This document shows positions 10,188-20,474 of a DNA stretch of 64,000 nucleotides, piece after piece. The notes below the pieces were generated by a model. It had not been told where the DNA came from. It worked only from the letters and a program-made list of their open reading frames with translations, and searched no databases. How positions within the stretch are numbered: position 1 is the stretch's first letter; every line of letters begins with the position of its first letter. A program made the position numbers and the translations under genes. The DNA lies in contig CAXXOU010000004.1 in NCBI GenBank assembly GCA_963677495.2, forward strand, positions 288,001 to 352,000, written 5' to 3'. This stretch comes from Candidatus Cloacimonadales bacterium (GTDB taxonomy: Bacteria > Cloacimonadota > Cloacimonadia > Cloacimonadales > JAFGVF01).

Positions 10188-13100
10188 TTACTTGTTTACA
10201 TATCTGTCCTTTACTCTTCCTGTGATAGTTACAGTTATCTTACGTGCGTTATATTCTTTTAATTTATTTGCACCATACTGTTCTCCAACATCTTCTTTAC
10301 CTTTTGGTTTTGTAGATATTGTATCCACTCTAAGGTACATGATTCCATTAGTCATTTTCCTGACTCTAAAATACTTAACTCCATCATCAGTATCAAGAGC
10401 CACCATATCATTAATCTGCAAACGCATAATCCTTTTTGCCATTGGGTATTCCTGTTTCCAGTTTGGCACAAAGCCATGCTGATGTACTGCAAAGAGTGGG
10501 ATTATCTCACACTTCCATTTACCGGCTAACTTCTTATCCTTGAACTTTTCAGGGAAGGCAAAGATATCAGCACAGTAGTTTCCTCCTCCAGCAAAATGCT
10601 TATATGCTTTACCGGTTTTATCTCTTACAGCGAACAGGGTTGCTTCCTTCTTCAGTTCAATAATCTTTACTGATTTAACTCCTGTTTCTTCTGTATATTT
10701 ATCCATTATTACCTGAAACTTACTATCAAAATGTTCATCATGGAACTGTTTCATATCCAGTGCCAAATTTCTATCCTTAATCTTCTTAAAATCCTTTGCT
10801 GAAGTAAATGATGAGATGGGCTTTCTAACAGTTGTCCACACATATCCGGGCTTGTTTACGGTTCCATCAAACTCACCTTCAAACACAGAATATGCAGTTT
10901 CCTGATGAATAGCCCCAATCGCTTTACCTGTTCGGATTGCTCTTTCTGCATTCCCATGATCAGGTCTATGAGAAACAACAATGTTATCAACAACACTCTG
11001 AGTTCGTTCCACAAAGCTTTCAAATGGCTCAGGCATCTTTTCTAAGAATCTGGAATCACCACTTTTCTTCACCGCTCTGTGATAACGTTGTATCATAGAA
11101 CGAGATGTAAGAGCAACAACAAGTGCATCAATTGAGTGGTGACGGTGGTCTGTTCTTTCCTTCTTGCCTGTATCAGATAACAGGTCATTCAGCCCCCAAT
11201 AATGTCTAAACTTAGCAGTCATCTGCCCGGGTACAACCCACACATCATCAGGACCTGCAACATAGGTCATATATTCCCTTGCAATTCTGGACATATAGCG
11301 TGTATCATTGAGCATTCTCGCGAGTATTGCACCTTCATCCTCAAACCTCTCCATTGCATCTTTGGCAAAGCGTTTGCGCTTGCTATAACTCTGGAGTTCA
11401 TTAGCTCTGGAAACTATCTTATCCCAATCATAACCTTTGGGACTACTACCAAAAGCTTCATAAGGGCTTCTCTCACCTTTAATCCTATTCGCTTCTCTAA
11501 GTGAAATAGTCTTATTCATAAAGCCATCATCATAGGTTCTTGATTTGGGTAAAATATGCTCTATTTCAAAGCGGGATGAGAATAGATCACTCTGAGGAAT
11601 TGGCACTCCACTATAGGGACAACACCTTTTCAGAGGGTCTTTATTCAAATCCTCCCAGAGTTTATACCGCAATCTATTGGAATATGAGTCTGCAACACCA
11701 AGCTTTTCTAATTCTACAGCAATTGCCTCATTATGCTTTCTTTCACGAGATTGCTTTTTATTAACTTCATCTTTCTGCTTCTTATTAAGCTTCAAATCCC
11801 TCGCTAACTCAATCACAATCTGCGAAGGAGCACCAATCTCGATAGTAAGCTGATTCACAAGTTTACGCAATTGGTTAAGGGCAATATGCACGGTTGGGTT
11901 AGAGATTCTACCGTAAATCTCTTCATCAAGTTCACCATTTGGATTAGCAAACATAACCTTAGTAGGCATCAACTTCCCATAATATGGTAAATCACCGTCA
12001 ACAAACACTTCTCCGGTTCCCGGCTTTGAATGTTTATACCCGGCTTCTTTGCAAGCATCGCTATAAATAAGTCCTTTGCGTAAATTGGGTAGTATCTTCT
12101 TAATCGCTGTAACAGAGAGATTACCTGTGCCTGATGGTAGCTGTAAATGTGCAACATAATCAGCTTGTTCTTTTGTTAAACCGTAATCAACTTGTAGTAA
12201 ATCAATAAGATTCTTCTCTATTTCAGGGTCATTCTCATCATTAAGTATCAACTTCACAATTTCATGATGTTTTTCAATAGGAAGACCTAACCACTTTTTA
12301 CCGAAAGCCTTTTCATTGCTTAAATCAATCGAAGTCACATTCCCATTCAGTTCTTTACGCTTATCATCCTCAAGGTTAAAGCTATACATATCATATGTAC
12401 TCTTGGGGAGTATCTTCTTTCTAATTGCCTTAAACTTAGCAGTCTTCTGCTTCATTAGCATTTCAATGATAGTGTTTCTCTGCACAGATGTAAGGGGTGT
12501 TTTATTAAACTCCAAATCCACAAGTTCGAGATTGTTAACTTCTGATAAAATCCTAAACTCTTGGAAGTAAGGACTTGCCTTCATTGCTCTAAACTCATTC
12601 GTTTCGAAGATACAACGACCTTTAGGCTGAGCTTTCAATGGTCTTTGATAGAAGATAATATCTTTTATCTTATCATGCAAAGCTTTAGTCATTGAGTTGT
12701 GATATTCAGCTTGCTTACTCCATATCTTATCAAACTCATCTTCTATTAAAGCTCTATTAGGAAATATCTCCTTTTCAGTTTCCCCTGCATGGAATCTAAG
12801 AGAGCACTTTTTAATGTGCTGTGATTTGCTTAAATTGGCATTTAGTCCATAGAGGTATTGCCCAATAGTCTCCGAATTGTTCTCTTCAAGTTTATGCCTC
12901 AAGTTCTCAATGGCCTTCTTCGTTGGACCGGTATCTTTACTCTTGCTATCAAGCTTACGATTACTTTTAAACCCTCTTCGTTTACTTAAATGGAATATAG
13001 CTCTCCCAATTTCATGCAATGTTAACTTATCATCCAACGCCTTAGCCCTAAGCTCATAGGGATCTATTCCGATAAGTCTTTCTATCTCAACTTTATCATC

Positions 13101-13358
13101 AGACATTAATCCGTTAGCTTTAAGTGCTTTCAAAAGTTGTTCCCTACGCATCAGATATCTGTCATGATTCCTACGCATCGAGCGTTTATCGCGTCTTGTT
13201 ACTGCAAGTGGTTCTTTAGTTTTAGCGTCTCTACCATCAGAAAATATTCTCACCCCCATTCTGAGAATATCAATAGGTTCTTTATCATCATCAAGCTCTA
13301 AAGCACACCATCCTAACGAGGTTGATCCTAAGTCAATTCCAAGTCGATATTTTTTCAT
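10188..13358 (-). CDS. cas9: Type II-C Cas9, about 1056 aa
   Basis: RuvC-I GIDLGSTSLGW, Arg-rich bridge helix, RRGFKSNRK, RuvC-II IELAR, HNH EIEHILP...NKT...N, RuvC-III DHRHHSIDA. No csn2 or cas4 in the locus. ATG at 13358 fits the AGGAGGG RBS better than GTG at 13364. Confidence 0.97.
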   Translation of the reverse strand: MKKYRLGIDLGSTSLGWCALELDDDKEPIDILRMGVRIFSDGRDAKTKEPLAVTRRDKRSMRRNHDRYLMRREQLLKALKANGLMSDDKVEIERLIGIDPYELRAKALDDKLTLHEIGRAIFHLSKRRGFKSNRKLDSKSKDTGPTKKAIENLRHKLEENNSETIGQYLYGLNANLSKSQHIKKCSLRFHAGETEKEIFPNRALIEDEFDKIWSKQAEYHNSMTKALHDKIKDIIFYQRPLKAQPKGRCIFETNEFRAMKASPYFQEFRILSEVNNLELVDLEFNKTPLTSVQRNTIIEMLMKQKTAKFKAIRKKILPKSTYDMYSFNLEDDKRKELNGNVTSIDLSNEKAFGKKWLGLPIEKHHEIVKLILNDENDPEIEKNLIDLLQVDYGLTKEQADYVAHLQLPSGTGNLSVTAIKKILPNLRKGLIYSDACKEAGYKHSKPGTGEVFVDGDLPYYGKLMPTKVMFANPNGELDEEIYGRISNPTVHIALNQLRKLVNQLTIEIGAPSQIVIELARDLKLNKKQKDEVNKKQSRERKHNEAIAVELEKLGVADSYSNRLRYKLWEDLNKDPLKRCCPYSGVPIPQSDLFSSRFEIEHILPKSRTYDDGFMNKTISLREANRIKGERSPYEAFGSSPKGYDWDKIVSRANELQSYSKRKRFAKDAMERFEDEGAILARMLNDTRYMSRIAREYMTYVAGPDDVWVVPGQMTAKFRHYWGLNDLLSDTGKKERTDHRHHSIDALVVALTSRSMIQRYHRAVKKSGDSRFLEKMPEPFESFVERTQSVVDNIVVSHRPDHGNAERAIRTGKAIGAIHQETAYSVFEGEFDGTVNKPGYVWTTVRKPISSFTSAKDFKKIKDRNLALDMKQFHDEHFDSKFQVIMDKYTEETGVKSVKIIELKKEATLFAVRDKTGKAYKHFAGGGNYCADIFAFPEKFKDKKLAGKWKCEIIPLFAVHQHGFVPNWKQEYPMAKRIMRLQINDMVALDTDDGVKYFRVRKMTNGIMYLRVDTISTKPKGKEDVGEQYGANKLKEYNARKITVTITGRVKDRYVNK

Positions 13359-13467
13359 TGACACATTCCCTCCTGAATTGCTAAATATTGTCTTGTTTAA
13401 TTGGTAAAACTTTTGCTTTAAATGTCAAGCATAAGTTTATGTTGGGCCTTAAAATAGACTTGAATAT

Positions 13468-13560
13468 GACTTATAGGTTTTGGAGTCACGAAAAGCTGTT
13501 AATAAGGTTTTAGACCACAAAGATTAGGACACAGACTACGGTCTGTGTCCCTTTTTTTTT
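13468..13560 (+). ncRNA. tracrRNA, divergent from cas9; 5' end approximate
   Basis: GACTTATAGGTTTTGGAGTCA pairs with repeat nt 10-30 (one G-U); a CGAAA bulge; AGCTGT pairs with nt 4-9; then AAGG nexus, hairpin GGACACAGAC-TACG-GTCTGTGTCC and T9. Confidence 0.92.
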
Positions 13561-13564
13561 ATGT

Positions 13565-13612
13565 ATGGAGTTAACCGACTGCGTCGGTTCTGATTTATGG
13601 AGTTAGCCGACT
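13565..13612 (+). repeat. 25-bp direct repeat, right of CRISPR-Cas locus, plus a degenerate second copy
   Basis: ATGGAGTTAACCGACTGCGTCGGTT at 13565-13589; TTTATGGAGTTAGCCGACT at 13594-13612. Confidence 0.85.
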
Positions 13613-13729
13613 ATGGCAGTTTGTCTGATAGTACTTGTCTGATTAGTATGCATTAAATAAATATTTCTAGTTCTATTTTATTCGCGGGAAACTGCAATCA
13701 CATAGATGTTTCACTCCAGGATTTAACCA

Positions 13730-13920
13730 TCGACCAAAACACAGTTATCCCACTGTTTCCCCACTGTGCACGCACTGTGCACCCAGTGAAACAGTGGGTT
13801 GGCAGTGCCTTCACAGTGGGATCGCAGTGCTTACACAGTGCGTTGGTGGATAGAGCAGTAAAAGTGAGTGAAAAGAGCAATAAATATAGCTAAGTCATTG
13901 CAAACTGCACTGTGTATGTC
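13730..13920. repeat. Dispersed ~190-bp element with 11-bp-phased CACTG/CAGTG motifs (copy 1)
   Basis: Aligns by eye with the reverse complement of 43315-43510. Confidence 0.9.
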
Positions 13921-14023
13921 TATTTCGGACTTGCACCAGTCTTCGCTTTAAAGCTACGCCCCGACAGGCCGCAACGAAGTGTGGGAGGAGAACGAAATTC
14001 AGGGATATGCGACTTCGAAGTGC

Positions 14024-14069
14024 ATTTTAGGAAGTCCGTTGACTTATCAGGCCGACAAACTCTCTGAAA
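14024..14069. repeat. REP-like element, AGGAAGTCCG...CAAACTC family
   Basis: ATTTTAGGAAGTCCGTT...GACAAACTC is shared with 37441-37488 (inverted) and, more loosely, 37571-37623. Confidence 0.65.
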
Positions 14070-14097
14070 TGCCGTATGTCATTGCAAAAGGCACTGA

Positions 14098-15353
14098 CTA
14101 CAAGATTTCAGTTAAAAACTTATCCAGAACCTTTGTTTGACTTTCAGATTGAATTGGAGTTGTATCCTTGTTGTTCCTAATGGGTTCACCGGTTTGCCAA
14201 GCATTATACAGTTTTTCAAGATAAGCAAGAATAACAGTTTGATTAGAATAATCGCAAGTAACACCTGTACCATAATTTCTTAGCATCTCAGCTGCCGCAC
14301 CATCCGAAGGTCCAAAGCAAAGAATAGGAGTACCTGAGCCAATGTACTCAAACAGTTTAGTAGTAAGCATCCCGCTTGCACCTGTATAAGTATTAATTGG
14401 CAGCAGGAGAAGTTCAGCATTTCTCATCTTATCGATAGCATTCTTATGGGGAGTGAATGGTTTGTAAACTATGTATTCTGAAAGGTAGGGTTTCTGAGAA
14501 TAGTTACCGGTTAGCTCTAGCTCAATATCATCACCCAGCTGAGATTTGATAAAGAAATCCAGTGCTTTAACAAATGGTGCCAGAGTCTGTCCTTGGGTCA
14601 ATGAGCCTATGAACTTAATCCTGAACCGATTACTTGCATGATATGGTATCTTTGAAAACTTATCAGCATCAAAACCATTAGGCAGAATCTTCTTGTTACC
14701 TTCCGGAAGCTGATTTGCAATTTGCGTTGAAACGACTAAATTTAAATCAGCATTACTAAGAACCTTTCTCTCCAACTTTTTATTCATATGATTAGCCATC
14801 TGCCCTGTTTTAGCAAGTTGAAGATAGAATATCTGTGACCATGGATCTCTGAAATCCGTAATCCATGGAATCTTGAATTGCTTTTTTAATTTCATTCCAA
14901 CAAGATGAGTTGAATGGGAGGACCTGTTGTAATCACGGCGTTGAAATCACCATTCTTTATTTCCGCTTCCGCTGCTCTATATGCAAACTTGTTCCATATC
15001 ATTCTTGCATCAGGTGCAACAAGGTTTAAGCGCATCCAATACATAAGTTTTTTTGAAAATAGATCATTATGAGTGCTATTTAAAGAACCATAAGGAATAT
15101 TGTTTTCTTTGTTACCGGTAAAAAGATGAAAGATGTTACCAAATGTAGGTGTCTTAGTTCTAATAACCTTAATATTCATAGGGACTTCAGCCAACAATGA
15201 CTCATCAATAAATGGATAGTCACCATTATCAGTTGTGATAACATGGATGTCCCAGCCTAGTTCAGGAAGGTATTTGAGGAACCTTAACCATCTCTGGACT
15301 GCAGGCCCACCAGCCGGAGGGAAGTAGTATGTTATTAATAAAAGTTTTTTCAT
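14098..15353 (-). pseudogene. GT4-family glycosyltransferase split by a 1-nt frameshift (pseudogene or sequence error)
   Basis: The two ORFs join as ITTGPP-HSTHLVG-MKLKKQFKIPWITDFRDPW if one base is added near 14916-14918. Confidence 0.8.
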
Positions 15354-16465
15354 TTAAGCTTCTCTATAGTCTCTATGAACGGCTCCCAACTAAATTCATT
15401 ACTTTGCTGTTGATTGTAGATATTCATTGAAAACTGTCTACATTTTTCCTCAGCATAGTATTTATTCACTGCTTGAGCAATTGCTTCGGGATTATCAGGT
15501 TTTATCAAAAAACCATTATAGTTCTCTGTAATGATTTCACTTAATCCACCAACATCGGTAGCAATCACCGGAGTACAGAATGAAAAGGCTAATTGAGTGA
15601 TACCACTTTGAGTTGCTGATCGATATGGAAGTATGCAGACATCAGCATTGGTAAAGAATTGCTCTACTTCCTCATTTGCAATAAATCTAGCGTTGAACTC
15701 AACATTTTCATGTAATGAATATTTATCTATAATGCTATTATAAACTTCTCTGTCTCCATAAACTTCGCCTGCAACTGTTAGTCTTAAATCAGGGTTATCT
15801 TTTAAAATCAAGGGCATAGCTTCAAGAAGAATATCTAAACCTTTATACTTCTTGATATAGCCAAAGAACAGTAATTTCTTAGTTATGCTTTCCTTTGGCT
15901 TGATAGGGTTCTCTTTGTAGAAATCATAGTTTGGATGTTTCAGCTTGTATATACTTCTATGAGGAAAAGCAGGGAATTTAGTTACTAAAGACTGATAAAC
16001 ACTCTCTGACATTGTTATAGCGTCAGTAGTTGAGTCTAGAACATACTCTGTGAGCTTATCTGCGAACATCCATTTCTCATGAAACTCAATATTATCGAAG
16101 ATACAGAGGGTACGAATTCCATGCTTTCTTAGCTTCTTTAAAATGTAACCAAAAGCGGGAGCAAAGAATGGAATCCAATACTTGAACACAACTATATCAG
16201 GTTTTGCTTCAAGAATGGCTTTTATGGTCCTGTGAAACGTTAGTGGATTGTAAGGTGTAAGTACGGGAACAATGTTTAAGTCAATCTTCTTAGAACTTTT
16301 ATCTATCTGTTCCTGTCCGGGGAATATTAATTTCGGATATTGTTTGATAAAAGAGAAGACAGTAACTTCATGACTACGCTCTTCCAACATCTCAGCAAGA
16401 ATAGCAATAAACTGAGCAATACCACCTCTAAATGGCCAAGCAGGACCTAGAAATGCTATCTTCAT
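15350..16465 (-). CDS. Glycosyltransferase family 4
   Basis: MKIAFLGPAWPFRGGIAQF, FFGYIKKYKGLD, LPYRSATQSG, ATDVGGLSE; ATGA overlap with the upstream stop supports a start at 16465. Confidence 0.9.
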   Translation of the reverse strand: MKIAFLGPAWPFRGGIAQFIAILAEMLEERSHEVTVFSFIKQYPKLIFPGQEQIDKSSKKIDLNIVPVLTPYNPLTFHRTIKAILEAKPDIVVFKYWIPFFAPAFGYILKKLRKHGIRTLCIFDNIEFHEKWMFADKLTEYVLDSTTDAITMSESVYQSLVTKFPAFPHRSIYKLKHPNYDFYKENPIKPKESITKKLLFFGYIKKYKGLDILLEAMPLILKDNPDLRLTVAGEVYGDREVYNSIIDKYSLHENVEFNARFIANEEVEQFFTNADVCILPYRSATQSGITQLAFSFCTPVIATDVGGLSEIITENYNGFLIKPDNPEAIAQAVNKYYAEEKCRQFSMNIYNQQQSNEFSWEPFIETIEKLK

Positions 16466-17523
16466 TTTAGAAGCTCTTCTATCTCGCTCATAATTGTTTG
16501 AGGTTTGATTGTACTCATACACTCTTCTGGACAGCTGTTTTTGTAGCAGCACTTACAGGGTTTATCCGGTTCAAGGATTGTTCCTAATCCATAAAGCTCA
16601 AACTCATACTTGTTAAATATATTGTTTAAGAGAACTATCTTCTTCTTCAATCCAATCGCTATATGCATAGCCATAGTGACAGAAGTTACACATAAATCTA
16701 TTTGATTGAAAAGATGGCAGAACTTATCAAGACTCATTGTTCCTAAATAAACAGCTGGAGTTTGAGAAGCTATTTTTCGATTGAGTTCATCTTCAACAGG
16801 CCCACCGAGTAATACAGGGACATATCCTTTACTATCGAGTAACTTGCATAATTCAACCCAGTTATCTTCTCCCCACAATCTTGTTAACCAACGGGTCCCA
16901 CAACCTGTATTGAGTCCGATAACCTTTTTCTCTTCAGGTAAGTCAAACTCATATTCATTACTTGTAAGATTGAAGATATACTCCTGCATCTCATACTTAA
17001 AACCACATAGCTCAACAATCTCTTGTGGATAGCTTTTTGTGTTAAACATACATTCGTCATCAAAGATGCCTGTTCTCCATTTATGCGTTGAGTCCTCATC
17101 AGCAGGGATACATTTTCCATACTCGTTTGGGAGATATCCCTTCTTTTGCTTAGCTTTAATCAATGTTGCCAAGCCTAGCGCTTCTTTATCTTTGTCCAGA
17201 TTAAAGAGGAGATCAAACTCAATTGATTGGAGCCAGAGAACACTCTGTAAATTCCATTCAAGAACAGTGTCAACATAATTGCGAGGTATATAGATTGGGT
17301 AAAGTGTTAACCAGACTATTTGAGCATTAGGATATCCCTTACGCAGTTTATGTAAAATCGGAGTTGTCCTGATAACATCACCTGCTGCACCAAGCTTTAT
17401 AATGAGTATCTTCTCCTCAAAAGCCTGATAATAATCGCAACTATCACATTTTACTCCATGCAATTTGTGAGGTTTACATGGAAGGTCACCTCTATACTCT
17501 CGACAATCTGTTCTTACATTCAT
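16462..17523 (-). CDS. Glycosyltransferase family 9 (heptosyltransferase-like)
   Basis: ILIIKLGAAGDVIRTTP, IGLNTGCG, TMAMHIAIGL. Confidence 0.88.
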   Translation of the reverse strand: MNVRTDCREYRGDLPCKPHKLHGVKCDSCDYYQAFEEKILIIKLGAAGDVIRTTPILHKLRKGYPNAQIVWLTLYPIYIPRNYVDTVLEWNLQSVLWLQSIEFDLLFNLDKDKEALGLATLIKAKQKKGYLPNEYGKCIPADEDSTHKWRTGIFDDECMFNTKSYPQEIVELCGFKYEMQEYIFNLTSNEYEFDLPEEKKVIGLNTGCGTRWLTRLWGEDNWVELCKLLDSKGYVPVLLGGPVEDELNRKIASQTPAVYLGTMSLDKFCHLFNQIDLCVTSVTMAMHIAIGLKKKIVLLNNIFNKYEFELYGLGTILEPDKPCKCCYKNSCPEECMSTIKPQTIMSEIEELLK

Positions 17524-20474
17524 TAAAACTCCGGTCTATAATCAGTCAACTGCTCTAAAAGCCTTTTGTAATGCGAATTACAACTTAATATAGTTCTATC
17601 TCCTAAGAGAAAAAAACTTTCTCTGGCTCTGGAAATAGCAACGTTGAGTTTTCTGTCAACCTTTCCTTCTGAATCGAGTGATTGAACCCTTTCAAAATCG
17701 GCGATTGAGTTTATTGCAGGTGTGAAGATTATTATATCCCGCTCCGAACCCTGAAACCTTTCAACAGTATCTACAGTAATATCATCTATACACAGTTCAT
17801 GTAATGCTTCTTGTACTAAACTGATTTGAGCTCTAAAGGCAACTATTATCCCACAAGAGTAATCTTTATACTCTAAAGCTATACTTGCTGCGATACCTGC
17901 TTCTGATTCGCTTCTAAAAGGCGTACCTGATTTAGATACGTTTACAAAACACCCTCTTCCCGCATTGCTTTCTTTTCTTTGTCTAGCAGTTGCATATTCA
18001 AGAGAGTTGTCATAATAGCAATTCACAAGTTTCGCTATATCATCGTGCATTCTATAATGCTTAACAAGTTTCCCAACACAATGACTCCAGTCGTTTCTTA
18101 CAGCTTGTCGATTCAATCTTTTAAAGAGAGATTCTTTTAAATTGTAAATACCTTTCTGATTTAACTTATCGTTATCTATTAAGCCCTGTTCTTCCGAAAG
18201 AGTTGTAACTGCCGGTAATTGGTTTTCATCACCAATAAGAATGAACTTCTTAAAGTGTGGTAACACTCCAATAAGATGCTGTTCTAGTAGTTGCGAGGCT
18301 TCATCCACAATCAATGTACTTGGCTTGAATAAAGACATCACCATTAAACCATTTCCATGAAAAGAATGCACTGTTGAAACTATAACACGAACATTGCTAA
18401 TGTCTTTGGTCTCATCAAGCTTAATACTCCCACTCCTTAAGTGCAGGTATGGAATATCTCTATCTGCCAATTTAGCACAAATCTCACCTACAGCCTGATT
18501 AGTAAAAGCTGAAAGGTAGAGTACTTCATCAGTTTGTTCTAACACTACTTGCAGATAATTCATGATAAAGCCGGAAGTCTTTCCTGTACCGGGAGGACCT
18601 TGTAAAAGGTAATAGTCTCCATTTGATATAGCATTTCTGATAATATCTTGTAGATGAGTAGGGACATTCTCGAGGTCAGGATCTTGGAGCTCATACTGTG
18701 GTTCAAGTTGACCAAGAAGCAGTTCTCTTTTTCGAGCACTTGCACTTATAAAAGAAGTCACTCCTCTAAACATTCTATAATAATTACTATCAAATGCGTC
18801 TGGTTCAATAGTCCATTTAGTATTCTGAGTTAATAGACTCTCAGGATATGGATTCATGAGCTTAACTACAACTATACCTTCATTTGTTCCAATATAATTA
18901 GCTCTCAAATAGTGGTTCTTAAAACCATCACCTAAATCAGGATAAATCAAAACGCTATCTCTTTCCCTGAACCTATGATCACAACTATCCGTTTGAGTGA
19001 AGCTTACTTCGTTATCAGTAATAGATTCAAATAGTAATCCGGATATTATGTTAAACTCTGTGTGCTTCTCGCTATCACTTTGTCTCCACAAGCTATTAAA
19101 CCCATAACTGACTCTACTATTATAATAACCTGTCTTACTTCGCCACATCTCTTTGAAGCTGTAATTCAATACAGATTTTACGTATCGTTGCTCATACGCA
19201 TTTAGCTCTGAATACATAGCTTCAAGTTCTTTAACATCCCTTTTTATATAATCAGGGCACACTTGAAATCCACTCAACTCAATATCATCAAATGGATTAC
19301 TTGTACAATAATCTCTACACAGACCAACAATCTCATTCCTTAGATTGTTTAGTTCTCGAACTCTGTCTGCATTGATTTTATTCTCTCTCAAAGCATTATT
19401 CACTCCGGCTTTTGAATAGAGAATATAGCTCTTTCCATTTCTAGCTGTATCCATCGAACCTGTAAGCATAAGGTCATAACATGTCGTCTGAACTCTATGA
19501 GCAAACCATGAACCAAAATCAGGAGCTTTACCACCTTTCAACTCAATCAGATGCTCCTGTCCTCTATTGCTATCCTCTATCAACAAATCAAATCTTCCCT
19601 TTAAGCCGAATTTCGTTGATATGTATGTAGGTTCAATCAAAACATTGAATTTACTTAGTCTATCCGCAATGTTTACCAAAGTCGGGTAATTTTGATATTC
19701 TATCTCATGTCGCAATTTCTCTTCATGATTACTAAACAGCAATTGTTCTAAAACAAACTGCTTCCTACAATGAGAAAAGACAATATCAAAATCTCTTTCG
19801 CTCTCAGTCATAAGAAAATCAAGTATACTATTTATCAATGAGCCTTTATAGATGTGCTCGTTGGGGACAAAAGGTTTCAATGTATTAAGAGTAAATAAAG
19901 AAGACATCCCGACACTCTTGTTGACCGATGTAGCAATCAGAGTTACATCAACCAAGAAGTCAGGTTCCAAAACATAATAATCAAAGTCAACTAATACGCT
20001 CCCTTCAAAACAGGGTTTATGAATAACAAGATAATCACCTGTCCTTAAGATTGATTCATTCAGCTTAAAAGATACATTCGACTCAATATTGCTGGCACTT
20101 ATGAAATCTATCAACTGAACATTAGAACCATCTAATTTGACAACTATCTGTAATTCATCTCTATTATGCTTTAAACAAAACTCATCACCTTCAAGTAATG
20201 AATCCAATAAGTCTTGCAGATTCGAGAGAGTGGGTTCACTCAATACTCTATGATAAGCAACACTAACATTATACGCTTCTAGTTCATTTAGTAGTAAACA
20301 TTGTGCAGTTCTTCTATTTGCTATTAAGATATACTCATCATTCCCATGCATCGCAGCTAACTCATCGATAAGTGTATTAGCGATACTAAGCACTTTTCGA
20401 TTAACTGAGTCATCAACTATAGAATCCATCCTAGCCTGAAGCTTTTGCATCAGACCGATATATAGTTTTTTCAT
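17523..20474 (-). CDS. Dna2-like PD-(D/E)xK nuclease fused to SF1 (Upf1/Dna2) helicase
   Basis: E..GLKGRFDLL..IELKGG..Q..Y nuclease motifs; QGPPGTGKT, DEASQ, GDENQLP, TVERFQGSE, NVAISRAR helicase motifs. Confidence 0.85.
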   Translation of the reverse strand: MKKLYIGLMQKLQARMDSIVDDSVNRKVLSIANTLIDELAAMHGNDEYILIANRRTAQCLLLNELEAYNVSVAYHRVLSEPTLSNLQDLLDSLLEGDEFCLKHNRDELQIVVKLDGSNVQLIDFISASNIESNVSFKLNESILRTGDYLVIHKPCFEGSVLVDFDYYVLEPDFLVDVTLIATSVNKSVGMSSLFTLNTLKPFVPNEHIYKGSLINSILDFLMTESERDFDIVFSHCRKQFVLEQLLFSNHEEKLRHEIEYQNYPTLVNIADRLSKFNVLIEPTYISTKFGLKGRFDLLIEDSNRGQEHLIELKGGKAPDFGSWFAHRVQTTCYDLMLTGSMDTARNGKSYILYSKAGVNNALRENKINADRVRELNNLRNEIVGLCRDYCTSNPFDDIELSGFQVCPDYIKRDVKELEAMYSELNAYEQRYVKSVLNYSFKEMWRSKTGYYNSRVSYGFNSLWRQSDSEKHTEFNIISGLLFESITDNEVSFTQTDSCDHRFRERDSVLIYPDLGDGFKNHYLRANYIGTNEGIVVVKLMNPYPESLLTQNTKWTIEPDAFDSNYYRMFRGVTSFISASARKRELLLGQLEPQYELQDPDLENVPTHLQDIIRNAISNGDYYLLQGPPGTGKTSGFIMNYLQVVLEQTDEVLYLSAFTNQAVGEICAKLADRDIPYLHLRSGSIKLDETKDISNVRVIVSTVHSFHGNGLMVMSLFKPSTLIVDEASQLLEQHLIGVLPHFKKFILIGDENQLPAVTTLSEEQGLIDNDKLNQKGIYNLKESLFKRLNRQAVRNDWSHCVGKLVKHYRMHDDIAKLVNCYYDNSLEYATARQRKESNAGRGCFVNVSKSGTPFRSESEAGIAASIALEYKDYSCGIIVAFRAQISLVQEALHELCIDDITVDTVERFQGSERDIIIFTPAINSIADFERVQSLDSEGKVDRKLNVAISRARESFFLLGDRTILSCNSHYKRLLEQLTDYRPEF

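Noticed and set aside
13698..13880. 60-aa ORF, or a second CRISPR array
   Set aside because: It overlaps the 11-bp-phased repeat; there are no unique spacers or ~30-bp repeats.
17523..20474. Nuclease domain as cas4, making the system type II-B
   Set aside because: It is fused to an SF1 helicase, lies outside the direct-repeat-bounded locus, and the Cas9 size and layout fit II-C.
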